Assembly: GCA_963783305.1 (NCBI GenBank)
Contig: CAWAMW010000002.1
Coordinates: 832,001-896,000 of the forward strand
Direction: 5' to 3'
Source: an uncultured Gemmatimonadales bacterium
GTDB lineage: Bacteria > Gemmatimonadota > Gemmatimonadetes > Longimicrobiales > RSA9
Length of the DNA stretch: 64,000 bases
The translations under genes were made by a program, and so were the position numbers. This document shows positions 47,465 to 57,702 of the stretch, piece after piece (the stretch's first letter is position 1; the number at the start of each line of letters is the position of its first letter). Under the pieces are notes generated by a model. The model searched no databases, was not told where the DNA came from, and was given only the letters and a program-made list of their open reading frames with translations.

Positions 47465-48667
47465 TCAGTCGTCGCCGAGGAGCCGCCCGGGGCGGAGCGC
47501 GTCCCGGCCGAACCGGTCCCGCAGCTCGTCGGACACCCTGGAGAGTCGGCGGTCGCGCTCGGTCTCGAGGGTGGGCGCGCTCTCACCGGTGTCGAAGAGC
47601 ACGAGCTGGGTGCCCTCGTCGGCGGTGTCGAAATGGGACACCGCGACACCCACCAGCCGGGCACCCGTGCGACGCCGCTCCCGCAGCGTGGCCAGGAGCT
47701 CGCGCGCCACGGCGAGGATGGCGCGGTCGGACTCGAGCGGCTGATCGACGGTCCGGCTCGCCGTGCGGCTCCGGAAGTCGCCGTCCTTGATCTTCACCGT
47801 GACGGTGCGGGCGCGGAGCCCCTGCCGCCGGAGGTCGGACGCGACGCGGATGGCCAGCGCCATGAGCTCGCGCTCGAGTTCCGTATCGCTGGTGAGGTCG
47901 CGCGGGAACGTCTCCTCACGGGACATGGACTTGGCCTCGCCGCTCGTCGTGACGACGTCGCTGCCGATGCCACGGATGCGCTCGTGCAGCCAGGCGCCGC
48001 GACCGGCGCCCAGCATGCTCTCCAGCTCCGACTCCCGGAGTCGCAGCGCGTCCGTCACGCGCACCAGACCCATCGACCGCAGCCGCTCCGCCAGCACGGG
48101 CCCCACGCCGGGGATGTCCCGGAGCTCGAAGCCCTTCATGAACTCGACCACAGCGGCCGGGTCCACAACATGCACCCCCGCGGGCTTCCCGCGCTCCGCC
48201 GCCAGCTTCGCCACGATCCGCGTCGGTCCGCCGCCTATGGAGACGGTGATGTCCGTCTCCTCCTTCACCGCGCCCTGGATCCGCCGCGCCGTGGCTTCCA
48301 GCGTCTCGTGATGGTACAACGCCTCGGTTCCGGTGAGGTCCAGATACGCCTCGTCCACCGACGCCGGTTCGACCAGCGGCGTAAACTTCTGGAGCACCGC
48401 CCGCACCTCGTGGCTCTTCCGGCGACACATCTCCCCGGGCACCGGCACGACCTTCGCCTGTGGGCACAGCTGGAGCGCACGGGCGGTGGGCATGGCGGAG
48501 CGGCAGCCGAATACCCGCGTCTCGTACGACGCGGACGTCACCACGCCCCGGCCTTCCGGCGATCCACCCACCAGGAGCAGCGGTTGGCGGCCGGCCCCGT
48601 CGGGGTCCGCGAGTCGCGCGCACTGAACGAAGAACTGGTCGCAGTCGAGGAGGAGCAGTCGGCGCAT
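47465..48667 (-). CDS. dinB: DNA polymerase IV
   Basis: LDCDQFF, SASYETRVFG, ASVDEAYLD, KPAG, IPGVG, SREETF; clamp motif QLVLF. Confidence 0.95.
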   Translation of the reverse strand: MRRLLLLDCDQFFVQCARLADPDGAGRQPLLLVGGSPEGRGVVTSASYETRVFGCRSAMPTARALQLCPQAKVVPVPGEMCRRKSHEVRAVLQKFTPLVEPASVDEAYLDLTGTEALYHHETLEATARRIQGAVKEETDITVSIGGGPTRIVAKLAAERGKPAGVHVVDPAAVVEFMKGFELRDIPGVGPVLAERLRSMGLVRVTDALRLRESELESMLGAGRGAWLHERIRGIGSDVVTTSGEAKSMSREETFPRDLTSDTELERELMALAIRVASDLRRQGLRARTVTVKIKDGDFRSRTASRTVDQPLESDRAILAVARELLATLRERRRTGARLVGVAVSHFDTADEGTQLVLFDTGESAPTLETERDRRLSRVSDELRDRFGRDALRPGRLLGDD

Positions 48668-48853
48668 GCCGGGAAGGTACGCGCGGGGAGACCGCCGGGG
48701 GACCCCCGGCCGCGATGCCTCCGGCCGGCCGGGCCCGCCGGAGGCATCGCCAAACCGGCGCCGAACCGGCACCGAGACCCTGCGGCGCTACCGGAGCGGC
48801 GCCGCGCTCGATATGATGGCGGAACACCCAAACAGGAAGCGGGAGTGATTTAA

Positions 48854-50704
48854 ATGCCGAAGATTCTGACTGTGTTCGGGCTCACCGTGGCGGTGGCGGC
48901 GTGCGCGGCCAACCCGGAGCCGGTGGTGGTCGTCGATGCGGGAGCCGATGCGGGGGCTTCCTCGCGCCTGGCCGCGCCCACCGCCGCAGAAGCCGCGGCC
49001 TTCGTCGACAGCGCGGAAGTCGTCCTCATGGACCTCTCGGAGCGGGCGGGACGGGCTCAGTGGGTTCAATCCAATTTCATCACCCATGACACCGAGATCC
49101 TGGCCGCCCAGGCCACCGAGGAGTACCTGGGCACCGCCGTGGAGCTCGCCACCGCCGCCGCTCACTACGCCGACGTGGATGGCCTGGCACCGGACGTGTC
49201 CCGCAAGATCCAGATGCTCAGGGGCGGCCTCACCATGCCGGCGCCTTCGGACGCGGAGAAGACGGCTGCCGTTACGCAGATCCAGACGGGGATGGAGAGC
49301 CGGTACGGCCGGGGTGAGTACTGCGGCCCCAGCGGCGAGTGCTGGGACCTGGGCGAGATGAGCGAGATCCTCGCCACGAGCCGGGACGAGGCGCTGCTCC
49401 GGGAGGTGTGGGCTGGCTGGCGCACGATTTCCGTCCCCATGCGGAACGAGTACGCTCGCTTCGTCGCTCTCGGCAATGAGGGAGCGCGGGAGCTGGGCTA
49501 CCCCGACGTGGGTGCGCTGTGGCGCTCCAACTACGACATGGAGCCCGACGCCTTCGCCGCCGAGCTCGACCGGCTCTGGGGGCAGGTGGAGCCCCTCTAC
49601 GAAGCACTGCACTGCCACGTCCGGGCGGAACTCGCCGAGGAGTACGGTCCCGACGTGGTGCCGGAAGGGGAGCCGATCCCGGCCCACCTCCTGGGCAACA
49701 TGTGGGCGCAGAGCTGGGGCAATGTATACGACATGGTGGCGCCAGCCGACGCCGACCCCGGCTACGACCTGACGGAGCGGCTCCGGGAACACGACTATGA
49801 CGCCCTGGAGATGGTCCGCACCGGCGAACGATTCTTCTCTTCGCTGGGCTTCGAGCCGCTGCCGGAGACGTTCTGGGAGCGATCGCTGTTCACCAAGCCG
49901 GCGGACCGCGACGTGGTCTGCCACGCCAGCGCCTGGGACGTGGACAACGACGAGGACCTGCGCATCAAGATGTGCATCAACGTCAACGCCGAGGACTTCC
50001 AGACGATCCATCACGAGCTCGGCCACAACTACTATCAGCGCGCGTACAACTTCCAGCCGTTCCTCTTCCGGAACAGCGCCAACGACGGCTTCCACGAGGC
50101 CCTCGGCGACGCCGTAGCGCTGTCGATCACGCCCGATTACCTGCGTCAGATCGGGCTCATCGACGAGGTCCCGCCGCCGGACGCCGACCTTGGCCTGCTC
50201 ATGCGGGATGCCCTCGAGAAGGTCGCGTTCCTGCCGTTCGGCCTGCTGGTGGACCAGTGGCGGTGGCAGGTGTTCAGCGGCGAGATCACACCGCAGGAGT
50301 ACAACAGCGCCTGGTGGCGGCTGCGGGAGCACTATCAGGGCGTGGCGCCGCCCGTCGCGCGCAGTGAGGCCGACTTCGACCCGGGCGCCAAGTACCATGT
50401 GCCGGCCAACGTGCCCTACACCCGCTACTTCCTCGCCCAGATCCTCCAGTTCCAGTTCCATCGGGCGCTCTGCCAGGAGGCGGGCTTCGAGGGGCCGCTC
50501 AACCGGTGCTCCATCTTCAACGACCCGGAGGCGGGCGCGCGTCTCGCCGCCATGATGGAGATGGGCTCCGCCGAGCCGTGGCCGGACGCCCTGGAGGCGC
50601 TCACGGGGCAGCGGGAGATGGATGCCACCGCGCTCATCGATTATTTCGCGCCGCTGAAGACGTGGCTCGATGAGCAGAACCGGGGCCGGACCTGCGGCTG
50701 GTAG
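48854..50704 (+). CDS. M2 family peptidyl-dipeptidase (ACE-like) lipoprotein
   Basis: AVAAC lipobox; PAHLLGNMWAQ, CHASAWD, HHELGH, GFHEALGD, DPGAKYH, PYTRYF. Confidence 0.96.
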   Translation: MPKILTVFGLTVAVAACAANPEPVVVVDAGADAGASSRLAAPTAAEAAAFVDSAEVVLMDLSERAGRAQWVQSNFITHDTEILAAQATEEYLGTAVELATAAAHYADVDGLAPDVSRKIQMLRGGLTMPAPSDAEKTAAVTQIQTGMESRYGRGEYCGPSGECWDLGEMSEILATSRDEALLREVWAGWRTISVPMRNEYARFVALGNEGARELGYPDVGALWRSNYDMEPDAFAAELDRLWGQVEPLYEALHCHVRAELAEEYGPDVVPEGEPIPAHLLGNMWAQSWGNVYDMVAPADADPGYDLTERLREHDYDALEMVRTGERFFSSLGFEPLPETFWERSLFTKPADRDVVCHASAWDVDNDEDLRIKMCINVNAEDFQTIHHELGHNYYQRAYNFQPFLFRNSANDGFHEALGDAVALSITPDYLRQIGLIDEVPPPDADLGLLMRDALEKVAFLPFGLLVDQWRWQVFSGEITPQEYNSAWWRLREHYQGVAPPVARSEADFDPGAKYHVPANVPYTRYFLAQILQFQFHRALCQEAGFEGPLNRCSIFNDPEAGARLAAMMEMGSAEPWPDALEALTGQREMDATALIDYFAPLKTWLDEQNRGRTCGW

Positions 50705-50719
50705 GACCCCGGGTAGAGT

Positions 50720-50762
50720 ACGGAAAAGGGGCGGTCGCCATGGCGACCGCCCCTTTTTCCGT
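50720..50762. terminator. Bidirectional intrinsic terminator
   Basis: GGAAAAGGGGCGGTCGCCATGGCGACCGCCCCTTTTTCC between convergent genes. Confidence 0.85.
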
Positions 50763-50781
50763 TCCTGCGCTTTCGTGTCTA

Positions 50782-52449
50782 CTAGAAGAGCCCGTGGATG
50801 GTCCCGTCCGGGTCCACGCCCATCCGCTCCGCCGCCGGGCTGGCGCTCAGTCCCGGCATGGTCATGATGTCTCCCGTCTTGGCCACCACGAACCCTGCGC
50901 CGGCCGAGGGAGTCACCTCCCGAACCGTGATGCGGAACCCGGTGGGCCGTCCCAGCTTGCTCGGGTCGTCGGAGAAGGAGTACTGGGTCTTCGCCATGCA
51001 GATCGGGACCTCGCGCATTCCGATCTCCTCGAGGTTGTCGATCTGCTTCTGAGCGGCCGGCTCGAAGTCCACCCCGTCCGCACCGTAGATCTCCCGCGCG
51101 ATGATCTCCATCTTCTCGCGCAGCCCCTGGTCGAGCTCGTAGAGCGGCTGGAAGTCCGCCACGCCCGAGTCGGCCACTTCCACCACGGCATCCGCCAGGT
51201 CCACGCAGCCTTCGCCGCCGCTGCCCCACGGATCAGCCTCCACCGCACGCACGCCCCAGCGCTCGGCCGCCGCCAGCACAGCCGCCACCTCGGCGTCGGT
51301 GTCCGCGCTGAACCGGTTCAGCGCAACCACCGGCGGTACGCCGTGCTTCTTGATGTTCTCCACGTGGGCCCGAAGGTTCTCCAGCCCCCGCTCCAGCGCT
51401 TCCACGTTCTCCGACTCCAGCTCCTTCTTGGCCACGCCACCGTGCATCTTCATGGCCCGCACCGTGGCCACCACCACCGCCACCGCCGGCTTCAGGCCGC
51501 CCGCTCGACTCTTGATGTTGAAGAACTTCTCCGCGCCCAGGTCGGCGCCGAAGCCCGCTTCCGTCACCACGTAGTCCCCCAGCTGGAGCGCCGTGTTCGT
51601 GGCTACCAGCGAGTTGCAGCCGTGCGCGATGTTCCCGAACGGTCCGGCATGGACGAGCGTGGGCGTGCCACCGAGCGTCTGCACCAGGTTCGGCGACATG
51701 GCATCCTTCATCAGGAGCGTCATCGCACCCGCGGCCTTCAGGTCACGGGCGTACACGGGCTTCTTGTCCCGCGTCAGCGCGACGATGATGTCGCCAAACC
51801 GCTTCTCCAGGTCTTCCAGACCCGACGCCAGAGCGAAGATGGCCATGATCTCCGACGCCGCCGTGATGACGAAGTTGTCCTCGCGGGTCGTGCCGCCGTT
51901 GATGCCGCCCAGGCCGATGGCCACGTTGCGCAGCGCCCGGTCGTTCATGTCCACGGTCCGCGGCCACGTGATCCGGCGAGCATCGATCTCCAGCGAGTTC
52001 GGACGCCAGAGGTGGTTGTCCAGCATGGCGGAGAGCAGAGAGTGCGCCGACGTCACCGCGTGGAAGTCCCCGGTGAAGTGCAGGTTGATGTCCGCCATCG
52101 GCACCACCTGCGAGTAGCCGCCACCGGCGGCCCCGCCCTTTATCCCGAACACGGGTCCCAGGCTCGGCTCCCGGAGCGCGAGCATCGGGTTCTTCTGCCG
52201 CAGCGTGAGGGCATCCGCGAGACCGACGGCGACCGTCGATTTGCCCTCACCGGCCGGCGTGGGATTGATCCCCGCGACCAGGATCAGCTTCCCCTTCGGC
52301 GGCTTCCCCGTCTGCGACATCGCCAGGGGGATCTTTGCCTTGTAGCGGCCGTAGGGGATGATATCGTCGGCCGACAGGCCGATCCTGGCGGCGATTTCCG
52401 TGATCGGCTGGAGCTCCGCCTCCTGCGCGATCTGAATATCCGTCTTCAT
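50782..52449 (-). CDS. fhs: Formate-tetrahydrofolate ligase
   Basis: TPAGEGKS, LREPSLGP, KGGAAGGG, INLHFTGD, GPFGNIAHG, EAGFGADLG, MAKTQYS, MTMPGL. Confidence 0.98.
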   Translation of the reverse strand: MKTDIQIAQEAELQPITEIAARIGLSADDIIPYGRYKAKIPLAMSQTGKPPKGKLILVAGINPTPAGEGKSTVAVGLADALTLRQKNPMLALREPSLGPVFGIKGGAAGGGYSQVVPMADINLHFTGDFHAVTSAHSLLSAMLDNHLWRPNSLEIDARRITWPRTVDMNDRALRNVAIGLGGINGGTTREDNFVITAASEIMAIFALASGLEDLEKRFGDIIVALTRDKKPVYARDLKAAGAMTLLMKDAMSPNLVQTLGGTPTLVHAGPFGNIAHGCNSLVATNTALQLGDYVVTEAGFGADLGAEKFFNIKSRAGGLKPAVAVVVATVRAMKMHGGVAKKELESENVEALERGLENLRAHVENIKKHGVPPVVALNRFSADTDAEVAAVLAAAERWGVRAVEADPWGSGGEGCVDLADAVVEVADSGVADFQPLYELDQGLREKMEIIAREIYGADGVDFEPAAQKQIDNLEEIGMREVPICMAKTQYSFSDDPSKLGRPTGFRITVREVTPSAGAGFVVAKTGDIMTMPGLSASPAAERMGVDPDGTIHGLF

Positions 52450-52531
52450 GGGATAACGTCCCGTTCCTTTCGAGTGGCCCACACGTTAGCCGGATGCGGG
52501 GCCGGAAGCGTGCGGCGGCGGAACGGCCGTG

Positions 52532-53431
52532 TCAAGCGATGGCGGTAGTGGCGGCCAGGTGCGGTGCGGAATCCAGACCGGGGAAGGGGCCCTCCAGAGA
52601 CGTGACCACGGGCATGGCCAGAACCGCGCACGACGCCTCGGCCAGGATCTTTCGGGCGACGCGGCCCACGACCACACGGCCGTTGCAGATGTACCCGTCG
52701 CTGCCGATGGCCAACAGCCCAGACCCCAGCTCCTCGACCGCCGTCATGAGCTCTTCGGCGGGGTCCCCGCACCGGTTGTGTCGCTTCACCTCGCCCGCGC
52801 CCAGCTCCGTCAGTCGGCGCGCGAGGGTGTCGAGAGCGCCATCCACCGCGCATTCGTAACAGGGACCCCAGCCCCAGACGGACGCGGCGGGGAAGTCCAG
52901 GAGAGGCTTCACATGCACCAGGTGGATCCGGCCTCCCGGCCCCACGAGGCGGGCGGCCTCCTCCGCGGCGGCCACCGATGAGGCGCTGAAGTCGACGCCG
53001 ATCACCGCGTCCCGCGGGATGCCGCCGCCCTGGGTCACCAGCACGGGCTTCTCGGCCAGGTGGAGCAACTCCACCGCGATCTCGTTCCCCTGCCCCTGCT
53101 TCGAGTCCACTCCCAGCAGGATCATGCGCGCGTTCCGGGCTCGCGCCGTCGTGCAGATGGCGGGCGCGGGTCGGCCCAGCTTCACGTGGATCGGCCAATC
53201 CACCGGCCCCACGCTGTTGCGCACGTGCTCACGGACGCTATCTGCGATTCCGTGCGCGTGCGCCTGCTCCAGCTCGGCCCGATGGGGCAGCTGCATGGGC
53301 AGGTCCCGCAATGACTCCACGAACGATACCACCTCGACAGGAACGCCATGAGCGGCGCTGTACGCAGCCGCGAGCTCCAGGGCGCCGTCGGCCGAGCGGC
53401 CTCCGTCCGTCGCTACCAGCAACGGGTCCAT
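52532..53431 (-). CDS. Universal stress protein (two USP domains)
   Basis: LLVATDGG; VIGVDFSASS; GDPAEEL; VVGRVARKILAEASCAVLAMP. Confidence 0.9.
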   Translation of the reverse strand: MDPLLVATDGGRSADGALELAAAYSAAHGVPVEVVSFVESLRDLPMQLPHRAELEQAHAHGIADSVREHVRNSVGPVDWPIHVKLGRPAPAICTTARARNARMILLGVDSKQGQGNEIAVELLHLAEKPVLVTQGGGIPRDAVIGVDFSASSVAAAEEAARLVGPGGRIHLVHVKPLLDFPAASVWGWGPCYECAVDGALDTLARRLTELGAGEVKRHNRCGDPAEELMTAVEELGSGLLAIGSDGYICNGRVVVGRVARKILAEASCAVLAMPVVTSLEGPFPGLDSAPHLAATTAIA

Positions 53432-53596
53432 TCCTTCCCTCCAGGCTTCGGAGATCGGTGCTGGGATCCCCGGTGTGCTTCATGATACCTTCCGCCCGGG
53501 TGGGTACCTGTCGGGATATTGTGGAAAATCGAGTGGGGCGATGGAGGAAGCGCCTGTCGGGATGGCTGGGGACGGGCGAAACCGCGCGGCCGGTTC

Positions 53597-54031
53597 TCAG
53601 ACTGCGGGACCCGGGCCTGTTTCGCCGCCGGAACCGCTCCTGGACCCCATCGTAGCTCTGAGCTGTTCCAGCTCGTGATGCAGCCGTCCCACGAGGATAC
53701 GCGTCGCCCGCAGGTCGTGATTCGTCTCGATAAGCATGATCGCCAGGTCGCCGCCCGCCCAGAGGAACCCGGCGAAGACCAGGAGCCGGGTGGCATCCAC
53801 CAGCAGGCCGGCCAGCGCCGCGGAGCCCGCCTGCATCAGCCCGAGCACCACCTCCGCCACCAGGAGCAGCATGAGCAGGACCGCCAGGAACTTGAAGAGA
53901 CGCGCGATGTATCGCAGCGCCGCGAACGGCTCCAGGTCGGCGTCGCGTACCCGTGCGTCCTCGGGGAGCCGTTCGCTGCGTGTCTCGTGCCTTCGGTCGC
54001 TGGCCCGCTCCTGCTCTCTGTCATCCGTCAT
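53597..54031 (-). CDS. Hypothetical two-TM membrane protein
   Basis: EPFAALRYIARLFK, two hydrophobic helices, LIETNHDLRATRIL. Confidence 0.75.
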   Translation of the reverse strand: MTDDREQERASDRRHETRSERLPEDARVRDADLEPFAALRYIARLFKFLAVLLMLLLVAEVVLGLMQAGSAALAGLLVDATRLLVFAGFLWAGGDLAIMLIETNHDLRATRILVGRLHHELEQLRATMGSRSGSGGETGPGPAV

Positions 54032-54052
54032 CAATAGCTCTCCCTTTCGAGG

Positions 54053-55198
54053 TCACCACCGGGCGTGGTAGCCCCGTGCGTCGATGTGAACGAACCCGGA
54101 GTGAGCGCCGGGGTTCGGCGCGTAGGTGCCGATCCCACCCACGTACTCGGGATAATCCTGCTCGACCTGGTTCGCCGCCTCCGCAATGATCCGGGCATCC
54201 TCGATACCCGCGCTCCCATCGCCGGACAGGTCGTCCATCATGCCGTCGTGGTTGTTGTCGATATAGAAGTCGAGGGCGTCGCCGTACATGTGCCGCGACA
54301 CGGAGCCACGACCGGCGGTCGTGCCACCGTGGGCGTTGTAGTAGGGCGTCCGGAAACCGCTGATTATCCCGATGTTCTCCACCGGGTATCCCATCTCCTC
54401 GAGCTGCTGGATCGTGAGCTCCACCTTGTCCAGCACTTCCGGAGTGATGGCCACGTACTTCGGCCAGACGTCCTCCTGCCCCTTCGTGAGGAAATCCCCC
54501 AGCGTCAGATGGTCGCTGACCCGGAGGTCGCGGTTCTGCGGAGTGACGGCGATCAGACCCGAGGGGGCGTCGTACTTGTCGGTGCGTAGATTCGCGGGCC
54601 GTTCCTCCCGGCTCGGCCACTTCCCCACCAGGTACTCCCCCACCCGGCCATCCCGGATGAGGCGACTCGGAATCGGGTTCAGCACCGCCATGTCCGTCAC
54701 GCGTCGCACCTCGTTCCGGAGGCGGAGCACGACGCTGAAGGCGCCGGGCTGGTCGAGGCTGTCGCTGCCCACCCGAACGCCCGGACGGGCGACGTCCTCG
54801 AGCTCCACCAGGGCCTCCGCGGGGAGGCTGTCGAGCCCGAGCGTGTCGGAGAGCGCGAGCCCTTCCCGGTCGGCGATGATGGCGCGCACCGCTCCGCTCC
54901 GGCCGCGCCACTCGGCGGTGGTCGTGCTCGCCAGCAGACGGTCGAGGACGAAGCGCGCAGGAGGGGCGGATGCGCTGGACAGGGGACTCGTCGCGATGTC
55001 GCGGCTCACCCTCAGGGACTCGCCGCCGGCGGCAGCGTCCATCACCACGAATCCCCAGCTGCCGGCAAACAGCAGCACCACGAGGCCCAGCGCAACGTTC
55101 AGGACGTTCTCCTGCCTGTGGGTCAGCCCCGGACTCTCGAGGCGCTTCGTCAGCCGCTTCAGCGGCCCTCGTCGGTTTGTTTCTCTGGCTTCGCTCAT
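54053..55198 (-). CDS. M15A/YcbK-like zinc peptidase, membrane-anchored
   Basis: ISGFRTPYYN, SRHMYGDALD, FVHIDARG. Confidence 0.88.
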   Translation of the reverse strand: MSEARETNRRGPLKRLTKRLESPGLTHRQENVLNVALGLVVLLFAGSWGFVVMDAAAGGESLRVSRDIATSPLSSASAPPARFVLDRLLASTTTAEWRGRSGAVRAIIADREGLALSDTLGLDSLPAEALVELEDVARPGVRVGSDSLDQPGAFSVVLRLRNEVRRVTDMAVLNPIPSRLIRDGRVGEYLVGKWPSREERPANLRTDKYDAPSGLIAVTPQNRDLRVSDHLTLGDFLTKGQEDVWPKYVAITPEVLDKVELTIQQLEEMGYPVENIGIISGFRTPYYNAHGGTTAGRGSVSRHMYGDALDFYIDNNHDGMMDDLSGDGSAGIEDARIIAEAANQVEQDYPEYVGGIGTYAPNPGAHSGFVHIDARGYHARW

Positions 55199-55332
55199 GA
55201 CAGGGCCCTGTGCGTTCATCTTCCGTGCCGGCGCGGCTCATGCCCGCCCCGCCCGGCGCACGGGCCGGCGTACACTTCTTGCCCCGGACTGCCCCCCAGG
55301 CCACCTTGGCCGTTTCCCACAGGAGGAGATAC

Positions 55333-55812
55333 ATGTTCGCGATCCGCTGCACGGTCCCCCTTCTGGCGGGTGCCCTCGCTCTCGCCGGCTGCGATGCGCC
55401 CGCCGGGAACGGCGGTTCCGCCGCGCCACCCGTGGATTCCGCCGCCGTCGCCCGACAGGAGTCCGAGACCGGTGCCACACCGGGGGTGCTGGTCCCGGTC
55501 AACCGGTCCGACGTTCGCGGCGCCGTGCGCCTGAGCCGGAATGGCGATGATCTGCTCGCGGTCGTGGACGCCGAGGGCCTGGAGCCGGGAGTCCGCTATT
55601 CCGTCCGGATTCACGAGGGCGATTGTGCCGATGGCGGTCCTGTGCTCCTCCCGCTCGGCCGTATGACGGCCGGCGAGGACGGCACCGGGTCGCTGCGGTT
55701 CAGAGCGGAGGCCGATCGCCTGCCGAACGCCGAGCGCGTTTTCGTCCAGATCCACACGGGGGACCGTGCCGTTGCATGCGCCAACGTGGAGCGCGGAGGC
55801 GTCGGGTCGTGA
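55333..55812 (+). CDS. Lipoprotein with a Cu/Zn-SOD- or CHRD-like beta domain
   Basis: AGGAGG RBS; LALAGC; IHEGDC...VQIH...VACANV; too few His for a canonical SodC. Confidence 0.65.
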   Translation: MFAIRCTVPLLAGALALAGCDAPAGNGGSAAPPVDSAAVARQESETGATPGVLVPVNRSDVRGAVRLSRNGDDLLAVVDAEGLEPGVRYSVRIHEGDCADGGPVLLPLGRMTAGEDGTGSLRFRAEADRLPNAERVFVQIHTGDRAVACANVERGGVGS

Positions 55813-56393
55813 GCGCAACGGACCGGGACCGGTTGCGGGAGCTCCTCCGGACCCGCTCGATCCAGCGCGGTGACTTCGTGCTGGCGAATGGCGGTCGCTC
55901 CACCTACTACATCGACGCGCGGGTCACGACCATGTCGGGAGCGGGCCAGCTCCTGATCGGTCGCCTGGGCCTGGAGGCCCTGGACGCCGCGGAATGGCGG
56001 CCGGCGCTGGTCGGCGGACTGACGCTGGGAGCGGATCCCGTCTCCTACGCCCTGGCCCACGCCGCGGCTCGAGAGGGCCGGGAGCTGGACGCGTTCACCG
56101 TCCGGAAGGAGCCAAAGGGGCACGGCACGGGTCGGCGCATCGAGGGCGGCTTCCGAACGGATTGCGAGGTCGTCATCGTCGAGGACGTGGTCACCACCGG
56201 CGACAGCGCTCTCCGCGCCACGCAGGTGGTGGAAGAGGCAGGCGGTCGGGTCCTCGGTGTGATCACCGTCGTGGACCGGGAAGAACGGGGAAGGGAGCGG
56301 ATCGAAGGCGCGGGCTATCCGCTCGTGGCGCTCTTCACGGCCTCCGACCTGTTGTCGGAGCCGTCGTCAGGGTCGGCCGGCGGAACCGGCTGA
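55809..56393 (+). CDS. pyrE: Orotate phosphoribosyltransferase
   Basis: GDFVLANG, YYIDAR, GLTLGADP, VRKEPKGHG, VEDVVTTG. Confidence 0.96.
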   Translation: MSATDRDRLRELLRTRSIQRGDFVLANGGRSTYYIDARVTTMSGAGQLLIGRLGLEALDAAEWRPALVGGLTLGADPVSYALAHAAAREGRELDAFTVRKEPKGHGTGRRIEGGFRTDCEVVIVEDVVTTGDSALRATQVVEEAGGRVLGVITVVDREERGRERIEGAGYPLVALFTASDLLSEPSSGSAGGTG

Positions 56394-56395
56394 GC

Positions 56396-57700
56396 TCACC
56401 CGCCACCGCCGCTGTCCGCAGCCTCGTCCTCTCCCACCAACGCCGTGGGGCGCCGAACCGGGTAGAGATCCCTCAGGCGCGTGGCGATCTCCCCCAGCTC
56501 CGACCGGGCGATCACCACGCTCTGAGCCGGCGAACCGACGGACTGGAGGGCCTGCTCCTTCACCCGCGCGACCGACTGCCCCGCCTCGAAGCCCAGCGCC
56601 TCCGCCCATCCCGTCACCCGCTGCTCCCACCGCTTCTCGATCGCCGCTTCCTGCGCGGCCGATGGGACGATCCCCAGATCCCTGGCGTGGGCGATCATCG
56701 CGTGCGTCTGCGCCGCACTCTGGACAAGCCCCAGCACGCGTTCTACTCCCTGCTCCTCCAGGCTGCCCTCACCTCCACCGGGCGCCGCCATCCGGTACGA
56801 CGTGAACTGCTCCCGCTCGAAAGGCGGGATGGCGAGCGAGTCCGGCCACGTCACCAGCGGGGCCGCCGCCGCCCCTGACATCACAGCCCGTACGGCCGCG
56901 GTGTCGATGCGCGCAACGGCCATCCGGCTCCGACCCCACCGCTCGGCCCGACCGAGGGCCAGCGAAAGGTCCATCACATCCCGCAGGACGTCATCCCGGA
57001 CATCCTCGAACGGCACCCTTCTGCGCTCCTCGAGCTTGATGACGTGGAACCCGAACTCCGTGGCGACGACGGGGCTGACCTCGCCCTCCTCCAGTGCGAT
57101 CGCCGCGCGCCAGAACTCGGGTACCCAGCTGCCCTCCCGGCCCGGTTGGAGTAGACCTCCCCGCTCCGCCGCGCCGGGCTCGTCCGAGTACTCGGACGCC
57201 AGCGCCTCGAACGGCTCTCCGGCCCGCGCCCTCTCCAACGCTTCCGCCGCCACGGCCCGGGCCGAGTCCCTGTGCTCCGCCGGCCGCCAGCGCTCCGAGA
57301 GCACCACCAGGTGCCGCACGACCAGCTCGTATCGCGGGTTCACGTCGTACGCCAGCCGGAGCTCGGCGTCCCCCAGCCCCGCGCGGTTTGCCGCCAGCTC
57401 CATCGCCAGGCGCTGCACGACGAGGGACCGAAGGTCTCGCTCCACGTGTGGCGCGATCAGCGAGTCCGTGCGCTCCTGCGCCACGGCCAGCCCGAACGCC
57501 GTGAGATCCACCAGCGTCCGCTGCTGCGCCTCTCCCAGTGCGCCCAGATCGAGGGAGGTGAACTGCACCGGTCCCACCTCGAGCGCCGCGGGCGGGCCCT
57601 CGCCGCACGACGTGGACGCAAACACGAACGCCCCCCAGCACAGCGTCATGACAACGCCGCGCCGGAGGGCGCCAGGACCGGCTACGGCCGCTGCGGCCAC
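56396..57700 (-). CDS. Parvulin-type peptidylprolyl isomerase (PrsA/SurA-like)
   Basis: VRHLV, FEALASEYSDEPG, GGLL, VPEF, TEFGFHVIKL. Start may be 57649. Confidence 0.88.
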   Translation of the reverse strand: MAAAAVAGPGALRRGVVMTLCWGAFVFASTSCGEGPPAALEVGPVQFTSLDLGALGEAQQRTLVDLTAFGLAVAQERTDSLIAPHVERDLRSLVVQRLAMELAANRAGLGDAELRLAYDVNPRYELVVRHLVVLSERWRPAEHRDSARAVAAEALERARAGEPFEALASEYSDEPGAAERGGLLQPGREGSWVPEFWRAAIALEEGEVSPVVATEFGFHVIKLEERRRVPFEDVRDDVLRDVMDLSLALGRAERWGRSRMAVARIDTAAVRAVMSGAAAAPLVTWPDSLAIPPFEREQFTSYRMAAPGGGEGSLEEQGVERVLGLVQSAAQTHAMIAHARDLGIVPSAAQEAAIEKRWEQRVTGWAEALGFEAGQSVARVKEQALQSVGSPAQSVVIARSELGEIATRLRDLYPVRRPTALVGEDEAADSGGGG

Positions 57701-57702
57701 CG

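Noticed and set aside
48620..48667. Unusual DinB motif DCDQFF
   Set aside because: It aligns with DMDxFF; the catalytic Asp and aromatic steric gate are retained.
55333..55812. Cu/Zn superoxide dismutase call
   Set aside because: Most metal-binding histidines are missing, so only a fold-level resemblance is kept.
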